DNA from: Basidiobolus meristosporus CBS 931.73
Taxonomy: Eukaryota > Fungi > Basidiobolomycota
DNA: 64,000 nucleotides
Reading direction: 5' to 3'
NCBI GenBank assembly: GCA_002104905.1
Contig: MCFE01000341.1
Location: 27,672 to 91,671 of the forward strand
In this document: in pieces, positions 24,907 through 38,506 of the stretch
Layout: every line of letters starts with the position of its first letter
Numbering within the stretch: the first letter of the stretch is position 1
Position numbers and translations under genes: made by a program
Notes under the pieces: generated by a model
The model's input: only the letters and a program-made list of their open reading frames with translations
The model's database searches: none
What the model was told of the DNA's origin: nothing

Positions 24907-26699
24907 TCATGCATACAAATTGATATATTTCTGTTGAAACTTCAGTTGTACCTCAATTGCCAGTTGTATTGACCTATACAAGTCCCTATACCCTACACTA
25001 ACATTAAGCCCAACCCCACATTTAACAAGTAACTCCATTAAAATCCGCCACTCAATAAGTATTTCAGCTCTAATGCTCTTGTTCCACAACTTTGACAGGA
25101 ACCCAACAGCTTTATGCCACTGTTCATTCACTGGTTCCCACACATCCTGGTCTTCAGCCAGCACTGCAAGGTCTAGCCCCTCATCTGCCAGTCTTTGCAA
25201 TAAATCATTGCAATATTCCAGTGTGTATTCTTGAGCACTGCTCTTGAAGAAGTGCTGCAACCTCTTGGTGTGCCTATTAATGCTCCAAAACTCCACTGAA
25301 GGCATTGTGATAGTCATTCAAGCTCTCGACATTATAGCCTTGTCTGTCAGTGGCATTTCCACTGTATCAACAATGGGGGATGTGCAGGCTGTGGTAGGCA
25401 AATTGTCTTTTTCAGCAAACTCATCTACCTTGCAGGAGTGTAGCTCAACAGGCTGCACACCCAACTCTTGTGGAAACAGCTGTTTTCTTGTTGGTAATTT
25501 TTCTTCACTATGATGGGACTCAGTCTGTTCCTGTCTTGCGGCATTAATCGGCAAGAACTGCAGTTTCTCTTGCATGCCTCCCTGTCTCAGGCTTAGGTAG
25601 ACATTGTTCCCTTTACCTTTTCCTATATCACTGCCAGGTCTCTCACTACTACTTTGTCCAAGTACTTCTTGTGAAGAACTACATTTTATCCTGGATAAAT
25701 TCTGCTCTGATGCATCTGTTTTGGCCTGCTTGTCCCTGGCGGGCACTCTTCTAGCATCCTGACATTTCTTTTCCGCTTGTTTTGAGCTCTCAACTGTAGT
25801 TGTGACAGGCTCCTTGAAAGCAGCTGGTTTTTATCACTGCCAGGTCCTTCACTGCTACTTTAACTGGGTGCTTCTTGAGTGATACTACACTTTTTCCTTG
25901 ATAAACATTGTGCTGGTGCATCCATGTCTGCCTGCTTGTCCCTAATTGGCACTCTTCCAGCTACCTGCTGTCTCTTTGATGCTTGTCTGGAGCTTTGGGC
26001 CCTGCTTGTAAAGGGCTCTTGAGGAAGGCACTGTTTTTTAGCCATGGCACCTTTATTCTTCTGCCTCAGATAGTTTCTGCTATTCTTAAGATACCTTCTT
26101 GGCATACCAATGCTGGCGCAAAATTTGTTTGCCTGTTTGAATCCAGGATAATGCTCATGGAACAAGTTAAGTGCATTCTGCTTGGCCTTGAGTTCCTGAT
26201 GATCCCATGGTATTCTGGTCTAAAGGTGATAGCATGCTAGACTTCTGATGGCCTCCTGTATATTTGCCAACTCTTCATTATTGCACTCAACTGCTTCACG
26301 GATCTTCAGTGTCTTTTGATTTTTAGGCTTTGGTATAAACACCACATTATCTCCCTCCCACGCTGTGATAGGTTTTTCTGTGGGCTTTATCTTTGGGCAC
26401 TATTGTTGTACTTCAAAGACTGTATGGTGTTCCTCTGCTGTTACATTGGGAAATGGCTCAATTCTTGGCTGTGACATTGAGCTACTTGAGTTCCTTCTTT
26501 GCAGCAAAGATAATGCTTTCTCTATCTGGGATATTGATTGCTCTACCCATATTGTCCACTCATCCTGCTTCTGGACTATTTCCTGATTTCTCTGGGCCAT
26601 TGCATCCATTCTATCAGCCACTGCACCTAATTGCTTCATTAATGCTTTGGTATGAGCTGAAAACATACTTGCTAATATGAGTGGTGAGGATGTTATCAT
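24907..26699 (-). pseudogene. ORF X, a ~600-codon protein of unknown function (most complete copy)
   Basis: Track ORFs 26400-26756, 25860-26165, 25318-25746 and 24907-25317 join through four in-frame stops and one frameshift. Sister copies have CAG/CAA at three of the stops. First in-frame ATG at 26699. Confidence 0.6.
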
Positions 26700-26740
26700 G
26701 GCCACTAGCTTATCTTTAACTGAGGGTACTGCATTTATCC

Positions 26741-27483
26741 CATTTGTCTTACCCAATCAGTACTATCCCAGAAGCCAGTTGACTATCACACCTGCTTACC
26801 TTATTGCATCAGTTACCCCTCTCTTTATGTAAGATTACTAGCTATAAGTGCTTCTATATTAAGCAAGTACCCGCACCAGTACCTGTGACACATGATAAAC
26901 CTGTGTCACCATCCCAACCATTTCTATACCATATATGGTATCTCTATGTTATGCAGGTTTCAGAATACTGATTCCTGATTGGTTGGATGTGCTGTGCCTT
27001 TTAGAACCTTCTAGAGCATTCTTGCCATATTTTTAGCTCATAGTGATGTCATCAAGAATTCCACTGATGCCTAGAATCTTCTAGAACCTTGTCATTAGTA
27101 ATCACTTGGCAATCAGTAAAAGTATTTAGGGAAAGCAATCCCTCATCAGCAAATCTTCTCTTCTATCAGTAACACTTCTCCCTTATTGATCAGCAGTTGA
27201 TCACTGCACCTGCCTTCAACAGTACATCTCAGACCTGCCATCAAGGAGCTTTTCAGGGTGGTGCACAAGACACACAGAGGCCTTTGGAGACACTTGGAGC
27301 ACCTAAGAAGCTAGAGAAGCAGGAGCTTTTACCATAGTGACATATTGACAAAGACACCAGCAGTTTAGACACAGAGGTTATTGCACCCATCAGATACCTC
27401 ACACACCTTGAGTTGTGTAGCTTCTCCCAGGAGTACCTCTACACCACCACAATGCTGAACCTAGTACATACTTTTGTTAAGAT
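26741..27483 (+). repeat. LTR-like segment homologous to the gypsy LTR 31251-32024
   Basis: Colinear similarity from CATTTGTCTTACC to ATGCTGAAC...CTTTTGTTA. The 5' ~95 bp of the LTR is absent or replaced. Confidence 0.75.
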
Positions 27484-27799
27484 GCCAACTAAGTTGGGGA
27501 TTGTAGCTCAATAGTTTTCCCTTGACAAGCTTGTGGCTTTATTCCCCTTCACATTAGATTAGAGACAGAACCCAAGTGTCCCTATCAAGCTTTTGCAAGA
27601 GGTTATTGCACCCAGTTAACACCCCACACACAAAACACTTGAGAAGTGTTGGACATATCTCTCCCTTGGACTTATACACCACCACAGCAGTGGGGTTTGG
27701 TTGGGAGCCAGACAACTTTGCTTTATTTTTGGTGGCATATGTATGAAAGTGAGTCAAACCAAAGGGGAAATGGTGCTACATATATGTGTGTATGTGATC

Positions 27800-30700
27800 T
27801 AGTCCACTCCATGGTGTAGTGCACAAGTTCCCTATTGAGGTACAAGCAATCAAGGTCTAGCTTCCCCTCTTCATCTGCCAGAAGGCAAACTTTGACCTTC
27901 TGCTAGGTAGACCATGGGAAACCAGTACCAAGGCTACAACTACCAACTATTCCAATGGGTCAGTATGGCACACCATACAAGGATCCAGCCAAGGACTACA
28001 GTCAACCTTCCCTGGTGTAGCACCCAACAATAAGAGGACACATACTGCTTGCCAGAAGGCACATCTTGTTATAGAAGAAGACAAGGAGCCCAACAATATA
28101 GACCCCAAAATTTGGAGCTGCTCATTAGGTATACAGGAGCAGATGGCTTTGGTTCAAACAAAATACAAGACAGTAGAACAGAAGATTAAACCATCACTTA
28201 CACCTTTGACTGATGGATCTTGACCTGCTGATTACATTAGACCACCAGAAGACACACCAGAGGATATACAACTTACACCTGAGAGACTTAAGCAACTTAT
28301 CATTGGTGATGGAAACCTAACACAAGAGGAGATACTATTATTTAAAGAGACCTTGAAAAGGCATGATAAGGTCTTCTCATATAATGACAAGGAGATGGGA
28401 CTCTTAAAGACATTGGTTGAAAAACCCATCAAGATTCATACTGTGCCCCACACACCCTGGTCATTTAAGCCTTACCCACTGCCCAGAAGACTCCAAGCTG
28501 ATGTGCATGACCTACTTAAGAAGAAGATAGAAGCTGGTATCCTAGAACCTTGCCATGGACCTTATGCTAACAGATGGTTTGTGACCAAAAAGAAGAATGG
28601 AAAGCTCTGATTTGTTCAAGGCATGCAACCTGCAAATGCTGTCACTATCAGAGATGCTGCTATACTTCCATCTATTAATGACTTTGCAGAAAGCTTTAGT
28701 GTCCACTCCATATACTCAGCATATGATCTCTACTCAGGATATGACCAGATTCCCCTTGATGAGACATCAAGAGATATGCTTGCACTACAGACACCATTTG
28801 GACTTTTAAGGATGACAAGACTCAGCCAAGGGGCTACAAACTCTGTGGCTCAGTTCCAGAGATGCATGGTGAATGTGCTGTACCAGTTTATACCTGAGAA
28901 ACTTGCTGTCTTTGTTGATGACATAGGCATCAAGGGACCAAAAACCCAGAACACCACTGAAGTTATGCCTGGAGTAAGAAAGTTTATCTATGACCATATT
29001 TCAGACAATGATGCCATATTAGCAGCCATTGAAGAAGCTGGACCCACCATCAGTGGTGAGAAAAGCAGCTTTGGTGTATCAGAGATATCCATTGTTGGAC
29101 AAAAATGCAACACCTTTGGTTGTTCCCCTGGAGACTCCAAGACATAAAAGATATGCAACTGGCCTGCCCCCAAAAATCTAACACAAGCTTGTGGCTTTGT
29201 AGCAGCTTGTGGGTTCTTTAGGATCTGGATCCCAAGATTTTCCAAGATAGCAGAACCAATCTACTGACTACAAAGAAAGAGTACCCCATTTATCTGGGGA
29301 GAAAAGCAAGAAGAAGCCATGCAATTACTGAAAGAGGCCTAAGTATCTCCACCAGTTATAAGACCTCTTGACTATCAGAACACTGAATGGCCACTTATTT
29401 TGACAGTGGATGCAAGCCCTGTAGGGGCTGGAGCACTACTTGGCCAAGATGATAAAGATGGCAACCACTATGCCTGCAGATATGAGAGCTGCCTATTCTC
29501 TCCTAGAGAACAAAGATACTCACAGAGTAAGAGAGAGCTACTAGGAGTTGTGAAAATGCTGAGGAAACTGAAGTCACAACTCTACATGACACATTTCATC
29601 CTGGAGACAGATGCCAAGCCACTTATAGGAATGATCAACAAGCCTGACCTACCTGATGATGCCACAAACCAATGGATGGCATGGCTGAAAATGTTTTACT
29701 TTGAGGTCAGACATATCCCTGGCAAGACAAATGCTGTGGCTGATGCACTCTCCAGGAAGGGACTACAATTATCTGAAGACTTGGACCCTCACTTAGATGA
29801 TATTATTGATGCAGAGATCCAACAGATTGCCATCAAAGACCAAGAGAGAACTACCTGGAGTCTGATCAAGGAATATCTAAGGACACTTAAGAAACCTAGT
29901 TGGATGGAAATTCAGGAGTTTAGAAAACTCAGGATGAAGGCACACCACTACTATCTCAAGGATGACCTTCTCTTTAAGCAAGTGAAGCCTGGACTTATGC
30001 CAAGAAGAGTAGTCACTACCCCAGAAGAGCAACTGAGCATCAATACAAGTATTCACCAAGGAGAACCAGGAGGACATAGAGGACAAGAAGCCACCTACAA
30101 TACCACAGTTCACAGGTACTACTGGGAAAACATGTACTATGATATCCAACACTTTGTTGAGTCATGTGTAGCCTGCCAGAAGAGATCCTCCAAGCGTTAT
30201 GAAGAACCACTGCATCCTACTTACACAATCTGTCTATGGCAAAAGGTTGGCATTGACCTTGTCCACATGCCAACAGCTGGATCAAAAAGTACCTGATTGT
30301 TGCTAGAGATGACCTTAGTGGATGGGCAGAGGCTTGAGCCTTGCCCAACAACAACAGCCATACCATATGGAGATTTATACTTGAAGACATCATCTGCAGA
30401 TTTGGCTGCATCCAACAATTTGTTGCTGACAGAGGGGAGATGACATCCCAAATGCTCCAGGAGTTGTGTTCAAAGTACAAGATACACATTGCTTTTACAA
30501 CAGCTTACCACCATCAAGCCAATGGAATGATAGTGAGAGGACATGGACCATTGGTGAACTCACTTGTTAAGACCTGTGAGAATAACACAACACTGTGACC
30601 ACAGCAATTACATCTTGCACTCTGGGCAGATAGAATTACTACCAAGAGAACAACTGGATTATTGCCATCAAAGCTACTCTATGGAGAAGACTGCCTACTA

Positions 30701-31110
30701 CCAGTTGAGTTAAACACAGTCACTTGGAAATCATTGAATTGGAAATCCAATATGCAGACTGAAGACCTCCTTGCAACTTGCATACAGCAATTTGATCACC
30801 ATGACTTGAATATCAGCAGAGCTGCTGAACAACTTAAGCATACATGACTGAAGAACAAGGTGCCCTTTGACAAATCACACCCAAAAAGACCAAAACCACT
30901 ATCACTAGGAGACCCAGTATTACTCTATGATTCCACCTTGGAAAAACAATGGAGTCAGAAGTTTGATAACAAATAGACTGGCCCCTACCTCATTTCCAGA
31001 GTGCTTGGAAATGGAAGTTATTACATATCTGAGCTTGACAACACCCACTTGAGAGCACCAGTTGCTGGAAACCAACTAAGTTATTCAAGCATAGGAACTT
31101 TGCACATCAA
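27800..31110 (+). pseudogene. Ty3/gypsy pol (PR C-half, RT, RNase H, IN), Ylt1-like fungal clade; gag deleted
   Basis: FDLLLGRPW, GPYANRWFVTKKKNG, DLYSGYDQ, QGATNSVAQFQR, VFVDDIGIKG, LTVDASPVGAG, ETDAKPL, HQGEPGGHRG...CVACQ, GIDLVHMP, ADRGE. Gypsy order with several stops and frameshifts. Confidence 0.9.
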
Positions 31111-31155
31111 GATTAGTTTGCTTTGACCCAAGTTCAAAGCTGAGAGGGGGGTGGA

Positions 31156-32024
31156 TGTAGTGGGGTGACAGTGACACCCACTGACAGATGTGCTCATTCC
31201 CTTATTTTCTACTTCCCTATATCTCTACTAGACTTATTTTAGTTTTATCACATTTGTCTTACCAAATCAGAACTATCCCAGAAGCCAGTTGACTATCACA
31301 CCTGCTTACTTTATAGCATAAGTTACCCCTCACTTTATGTAAGATTACTAGCTATAAGTGCTTCTATATTAGGCAAGTACCCGCACCAGTACCCGTGACA
31401 CATGATCAACCTGTGTCACAATCCCTACCAATATCCGTACCATATATGGTATCCCTATGTTACACAGACTTCAGAATACTGATTCCTGATTGGTTGGATG
31501 TGCTGTGCCTCTTAGAACCTTCTGGCACCTACTTAGAGCATTCTTAGGTCATTCTGATGTCATCAGGACTTCTATTGATATCTGGAACCTTCTGGAATAC
31601 CATGATTTGTAATCACTTAGCCAGTGAGAAAAGTATATAAGGGAGGCTATCCCTCAACAATAAATCATCATCCCTTTTATCAATATACCACTTGTTGATT
31701 AGTGTGATCACTGCTACCTGCTGCCACCTGAACTTCCAGCCCCAGACCGCAGGACACTCCCAGGAAACTACGCTGACAGCCAACTGACCTTGGAGGCACT
31801 ACTTGTGAGGAATACTCAGAGTAGGTATCTTTTATTATATTAGATTCTGTCCCAAGTTTGTTCTTGTACAGGCAAAGATACTTTTCTGTCTTTGTAACTA
31901 TTGACCACAGCTGCATTCTTATCAAGTCCCTGCTGGTGGAGTTTACAGTTGTTTTGACTTTGGAAGCTTTAGTACATTGTCATCTCAGAGGATGCTGAAC
32001 CCAGCACAAACTTTTGTTATGACA
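31156..32024 (+). repeat. 3' LTR of the Ylt1-like gypsy (TGTAG...GACA), preceded by PPT 31142-31155
   Basis: TG...CA ends, purine tract directly upstream, homologous to 26741-27483. Confidence 0.75.
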
Positions 32025-32053
32025 CAGTGTTTGTTAGGTGAGATAGGTCACGA

Positions 32054-33470
32054 TTGATCAGTGATCCTTCATCTCCAGAGCTATCCCTACCTGTGATTCT
32101 TTTAATACTTCCTATGATGTCTGTGTGCTTTGTGGCTAGGAGGCTTGCTACAATATTCATCTAGTCTTTTTTGCTTCTCTTATGGCATTAAATCACAGTA
32201 GTTATGTCCATGTGGCAAACAGTTTGACACATAACAATGTAATGCTATATAATATCACTTTTTGTCAAAACTTATATCAGGTTAAGACAATATGTACTTG
32301 AGACATCACACCTACATGAATGTATGATTAACTGATGACCTGCCATAGTAGGCACCATAAATAAAGTTGTGGAACCACATACACACCTATATGTGACACT
32401 GTTTCCTTGTTGGTTTGACTCACTTCCACATATATAGTGCCAAAGAATAAAGCAAGTACCTGGCTCCCAACTAAACTCAACCACTGACTGCAGTAGAAGA
32501 ATAGTTGGACCACAGCTTGCTTTGACATTCAGTGCAACAAGTAGGGCCACATCCAAAAAAGGTCATGCCAACAGTGTACCCACTGAAGGTAATAATGTGG
32601 ACTCCTTGGGCTCTCAGTCAAGTACACAGTTAAAAATCTCTATTGAGTTGCAAGCAACCATAAAGCTTGGGCAGATGTGAATGTAGCTACCGCTGCAAGT
32701 CCAGAACAAGCTGAATCCCATCATTGCCAAGAGGAGTTGCCATCAAGAAAACAACAGTTTTCACATGAGTTGGAAGTGCAGCCAGTTGAGCACACTCCAG
32801 CAGGGTAGATAGGTTTGCTGAGAAAAGCCATTTATCTGCCACAGCCTCCGCATCCTCCATTGTTGACAGAGTGGAGATCCCACTGACATACAAGGCTACA
32901 ATGTCAAGAGCTCAAAAGACTATCACAATGCCTTCAGTGAAATCTTGGAACATTAATAGGCATACCAAGAGGTTGCTCCACTTCCTCAAGAGCAGTGCTC
33001 AAGAAAATGCACTGGAATATTGCAAGGATTTATTGCAAAAACAGGCAGATGAGGTGCTAGACCTTGCAGTGCTGGCTGAAGACCAGGATGTATGGGAACC
33101 TGTGAGAGAAAAGGGGCATGAAGATGTTAGGTTCCTGCCAAAGTCATGGAAACAGAGCAATACAGCAGAGCTACTTGTTGTGTGATGGATCTTGATGGAG
33201 TTGCGTGTTGAGTATGGGGTTAGGCTTAATATTGGTGTTGGGCATAGGGAATTGTATAGATCAATATAACTGTTTGTAGAGGTACAGCTGAAGTTTCAGT
33301 AGAAATAAATCAGCCTGTGTGAATGAGAAGTTGGGGAAATGGTTGGGTCAGGAAGTAAAGTGTGTGAAAAAGATGCAATAGCCAATCTGTGTACTCAAAT
33401 GTATGAGGTGATTAAGTGTCTGGGACCACAAAGTGAGAAAACTGGGAGAGAACCAATCAAAAGCCACTTA
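32054..33470 (+). repeat. ORF X family copy (region Y 32054-32550; ORF X C-terminal half ~32690-33330), internally deleted
   Basis: ITMPSVKSWNINRHTKRLLHFLKSSAQENALEYC... homologous to 24907-25317. Upstream part matches 38507-39190. Confidence 0.8.
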
Positions 33471-33486
33471 TGTATTGCCGTGATGA

Positions 33487-33827
33487 GCACATCCAGCCAA
33501 TCAGAAATCTGTATCTTGAGACCTGTGCAACATAGGGATTCTGTAATGGAATGAGAATTATAGGGATGGCAATGTGTTTGGTCATCTGTCACAGGCTATG
33601 GCACAGGCACTGCTAAATACAAGCACACTTAGACCCAGTAATCTTACATAAAGCAAAGAATAATTAATGTAACAAATTAAGTAGGTTCTCAGTCTGTCAG
33701 CTTACAAGATAGTACTAATCAGTTAAAACAATTGGAATTAATCAAAGCAAGGGTAGTAGAGAAACAGGGCAGTTGAATATATGGAATTGAGTACAAATGT
33801 GAGTAGGTCTCACTATGACCCCATGAT
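33487..33827 (-). repeat. Diverged 5' part of a Ylt1-like gypsy LTR
   Basis: Reverse complement aligns with 31156-31505 (TTATGTAAGATTACT..., ATCCCTATGTT..., GATTGG(C/T)TGGATGTGC). Confidence 0.7.
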
Positions 33828-34436
33828 GCCAGCTTACCATGGGACTATCATGAGCTCAAGGCCAAGTATAATGTGCTTGACCTGCTCCATGAGCATTATC
33901 CTGAATTCAAACAAGCAAGTGGAATTTGGGTCATCATTGGTAGGCTCAGAAAGTATCTCAAGAGTGGCAGAAACTATCAAAGGCTGAAGAAAAGGGTGCC
34001 ATGGCCAAAAAGGAGTGGCTTCATCAAGTGCCCATTGAAACCAAGCCTGAAAGCTCTAAGTAAGAGTCAAGAAAATGTCCGGTAGCTGGAAGAGTGCTTG
34101 CAAGAGACAAGCAGGCAGAAGCAGATGTACTAGTGCAATATTTTGCAAACAAAAAGCATACTTTCATTTGAGAAGCACTCAGTCAAAGTATCATTGAAGG
34201 ACCTACCAGTGATAAAGACCAGTGGCTTCATCTAGAGCCTGTAACAACGGGGCTGAAAGCTTGAGGCCAGCAGCACAAAAACATCAGGGTGCAGGAAGAG
34301 TGCTGGTAAGAAATAAATAGGCAGAACTGGATGCAGCAGTACAGTATTTATCAAGGAGAAAACGTAACTCAATGCAAGAAGAACTCAGACAAAGTGGCAG
34401 TAACAGACCTGGCAGTAATAAAGGAAAAGGTAAATG
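33828..34436 (+). pseudogene. ORF X middle segment (further copy)
   Basis: WDYHELKAKYNVLDLLHEHYPEFKQA... homologous to DHQELKAKQNALNLFHEHYPGFKQA at 25860-26200. Confidence 0.7.
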
Positions 34437-35515
34437 GCAACTTGATCTGTTGTCATTGCCCTTGGCTGAGCTTGATGTGATGCAATCTGTTGACGCAACT
34501 TAGCTTGCTCTAATGGGCTTGTATTTGGTTGAGCAGATTGGCAAGTTTGAGAAGTTTTGCTCTGAACTACACATACTGACCTGGCATGTGTTAACCCAGT
34601 GCATGGTGCTCTTGTAAGGGGTACTGGGATGGACTGGACTGACATGCAGCAACCTGTGGCATTTCAAGGGATGGTGAGGAATGCAATAAGGGGTACTGGC
34701 GCAATCTAGATGCAGTTACTGGCAGGCTGTTTTATCTCTCTTGAAGTTCACTTTCTGATTCCTGAATGCATTTGTACCCGCTGTCTAATACCTTGAAATT
34801 GTCGCCTTGATAAGTACCATGCATATTGCTCTTGGAAGCCACTTAACTCCACTACTATATCATGTAGTGTACTAGTCATTTGAGGCAATAACTGATTCAA
34901 AATCTTCTTGGTTCCCAATGTTGAGGCACAAATGCACAAATCCAGCATGCACTGAGCAAATTGCACGCATGCACAGACATATCCAGTCTGTGCTGCGCAA
35001 ATTGCATGTGGGATTGTTTGAGTGCAGCTTCCTCATCAAATCCCCTCACTCTCAGCTCAAACTTGATTTCAATACTTCTCTTGTATATATCTTCTACATG
35101 CATTTGCTGGCATCTTGTTGTAGAATGCATGCCACAGCTTTCTACTCAAGTTTGTTCATATCTGTTGTTTGGATATTTATACAGTAGCATATTGGCATCA
35201 ATCTGGACTTATATAAAATATATAAGAGAACTAGTGTGATTGCTCAGATTCTGTATTTTACGCAAAATGCAACTTGTATTGCATGGACATGGATCAGATC
35301 ATATCAGTTGCGGACTTCCTATTCAATTATAGGCATATGAGTAAATCAACAATAAAATCATCAAGTAATTGTGTGCAAATGATTTTGAGTCATCATGATC
35401 AGATACATGGCATTTGATGGAAATTTGATTATAATATACTGGAAGTCAGATAAATCAACCTGGTGGTGCCATATCAATTCAATTTGCATCTGCCCAATAA
35501 CTCCCCAATCTTAAC
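34437..35515 (-). pseudogene. Truncated, diverged copy of the PHIS accessory ORF and intergenic spacer
   Basis: Colinear with 59420-60670 (IEIKFELRVRGFD, CASTLGTK, QSKTSQTCQ). Confidence 0.85.
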
Positions 35516-35519
35516 TGGC

Positions 35520-37490
35520 AGTTCCTAAATATATATGCCTTCAGGACTTTTTATTAGTCCTTGATATATATTGTTACTGGCTGAGTAATATAGTTGATCA
35601 AGTGAGAGTTCCCATCAGCTGTTGAAACTGAAGCTGAAATGATGAACTTTAAGTTGATATATGCTTTCATGGCAAATTGTTCTGACATGAATTGGTGTGA
35701 TGCTTTGCAGTCAATCATGATCATAAAAGGTATTCTATTGAATATTTTATTTAAGTATGATTGCATCCCTGAGAATGATATCATTTGATATAAGTATTCT
35801 TCAGTCATATGGATGATGAGTTCTTAGTCTTTTTCAGGCTCCTCTTCCATGTTACTTTGCACAAGGGCTTTAGAGTGGCTAAAGGTTATTGTTGACCGGT
35901 GTCCATTTCTTCTTTCAGGCCTGTAATCTGAGATATATCCTAGCTGATGGCTATCAGAACAAGGTCCTTTCTTTTTGCACTCATCTGAGGTGAGATTTAT
36001 CTGCATAGCACCTATTTTCATTGGCACTGTCTTGTATTGTATTCACTGATGCAATTTTAACCTCTCAGATCAGTTGTATGCGTTTTCCCACTCCAAATAT
36101 AGCCACACCATAGGCAATGGCAATCTTGATGGCTTCCTCAATAGTCTAAGGTATTCATTAGTTTATTTCCTTTCAAGTTCTTTCCTTCAACCCATCAATA
36201 AAGTATGAAACCTGATCAAGAAGATCCGTTTATTCAATTTGTTCAAGTAGATATTATACTCAGAGTAGTATTCTTGAACCATTCCTTTCTGTCTGAGTGC
36301 CTTCAGCTTCCTTCATTGTAGTGACTGCTGATGTGGAGGCTCAAAGGCATCTTGAATTTCCAATTCAAGCTCTTCCTGGTAAAGATTATGGAGTATACCA
36401 TCTTAGTGGTTGACCTGCTCTAGTTGTGGTACAACTTTAAGCCACCATTATGATCCACAGCTTAAATATTAAAGTTAGGTCAGTTTTTTGTCAAATCAAT
36501 TAGTTCTATGTTTAGCCTATCATTAGACAAGTATTGTCTATCAAATTAGTAGTATTAGTCAGCAGATGAGTCAGCAGATCCTTACCAGACAGAAGTAGAT
36601 ATGCTAATTGTGATCTAATTGGGTGATGATTATGCAATAAAATGAGTCATTAGCCACAACCTACATAAGGATATGTAATTTGTCAGCAATTGATCTGGCA
36701 AAATGTATTTGAGGAGCTGCTAGAACCCTAATAAAGATCATTTCAAGTTCAGTGAATACAATGCTAGTTAAACTCCTTACTCTTTTACAACTCTTATATC
36801 AAGACTTGTAACACTGCATCTGCCATGTGAGATGCTCCATACTGGAACTTGCTTTCTGGGGCAGCTCCTTTGGCTTTAGAGGGTTCTTCAATCTGAAGGA
36901 GCCAGGTTCCCAGGTTTTTAATGACTCTACCATGGTGCAGTTGACCTTCATACTAAAGTTGCTCTTGAATAGGACTTCTTTGGTCTGGGCCATGGTAGTC
37001 CTTTATTACTACTGCTTACAAATGATTTGGAGTAACTGTTGCTGTTAGGCCAGGATTTGCTGCTTTGCATTGTTCCATTCTTGACTCTCTAACATCTTGA
37101 GGGAGACTTCTACTTTCTTCAGAAGGAGGTTTCTGGTTATTGCTATGACCAATATTACAAGTCTGGATATAAGTGTTGTAAAGGAACAGGAAGTTTAGCT
37201 ATTGTTGTACTAACTAAAGCTTGCACTGATCTTTATTGAGGCTCCAGCAGCTCCTTATATATATTTTGCCAGGTCAAGTGGTGACTAACTGTACTTCCTG
37301 AGGTAGGCTTGGGCAGATGAGTCATTTAATTGCATCACCATTGCCGTATTAGATCTCACTTGATATATTGATTTCTGTCTGTCAAGGATCTGCTAATTAA
37401 TATGCATATATATATAACTGAATTGCAGACAACACTGATATACTGAATTGCTAAATATTAACTAATTAATTTAATGAAACACTGACCTAG
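35520..37490 (-). mobile_element. Decayed G1-related gypsy 5' region (gag, zinc knuckle, protease), with a + strand G1 LTR at ~36446-36813 and a minus LTR at ~37153-37490
   Basis: MPMKIGAMQ...ECKKKGPC, MIDCKASHQF (protease-like). LTR similarity to 61003-61369. Confidence 0.8.
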
Positions 37491-37599
37491 CTTCAGCATT
37501 CAAGCTCACCAGGATCAGCTTCAGGTACAGAGTAGTCTCCCAGGTAAGCCTTTTGTACAGGAATAGTCTCTAGGTTGCTGAACTTCCCCTTTGTACCAC

Positions 37600-38316
37600 A
37601 AATATGCTACAATGCTCCATAGTCAATAGAGAACTCATCACTATGGTTCCTTGCAATCTGTTGTACTGTTGTAAATAACTGCTCTTCAGCAGTCATATGG
37701 TTTGTTTGCTCCAGTTTCTTTGTACATTCTCTTGCCTGGTGTCCTGTCACCTTACAGTAGTCATAAAAGATGGTCTTCATTTGCTCCAGTGGCTTTGCCT
37801 GCCTTTCTGAATGCATTTCTCAGCCAACTAAAGCACAACCATTGATTTTCTCTGCATGGTCATTACATCTGAGTTCTTTATGAAGCAATCTTTCTTAGAG
37901 ACACTACTAGGTTAGATAGTCATCCCTTCCTTCAAAAGGAATATGAGCAGCACATACTTGCTTGGTAAGCTGCAAGGTGCACAGATTATACTTTCTTCAT
38001 TATCTTTGCCAGTGTTCATACTGTAAAGATTGTTGGTTAGTGTCTCCAATATAGTTGCAAGCTGTAGTATGTCTTCCACTGACTGCTTCCTTGTGTAGAC
38101 CAACCTTCTTTTTAAATGATACTTGCTTGTTACTGACTTTGTCCTAAAGTTCTTCTTTAGGGATACCCAGGCTCCTGGAGCAGTATCAGAAGCATGTATT
38201 TGTCTCATGGAGGAATTTGGCACAATGATACATATGTCATTATAGACCCCTTGCTCCTTCTCTTGAAACATCTCATCTTCTTCAACTGCTCCTTTGGGTT
38301 CTATTTTTGGTATCAC
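37600..38316 (-). pseudogene. Decayed C1-like copia gag fragment
   Basis: EPKGAVEEDEMFQEKE...RTKSVTSKYHLKRR aligns with the gag of the intact element at 51736. Confidence 0.8.
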
Positions 38317-38506
38317 ATTTAATTTTAGACAAAGCTAAAAAAATATAAATAAGTTTTCTCTTCAATGAAAATTTTTTTTTAAAAATAAATCCTGATCTGA
38401 CTTTTGCTACCTTGAAGCAATTCTTGATGAAAACTTTTTGTTATCTCAAAACAACTCTTGATGAAAGCTTCTTTTAAACTATTATTTGATTAACTTACAC
38501 TCCCAA

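Noticed and set aside
27496-27514. GGGGATTGTAGCTCAATAG resembles the 5' end of a tRNA-Ala
   Set aside because: No anticodon arm, T-loop or acceptor complement follows, and the polarity is wrong for a PBS.
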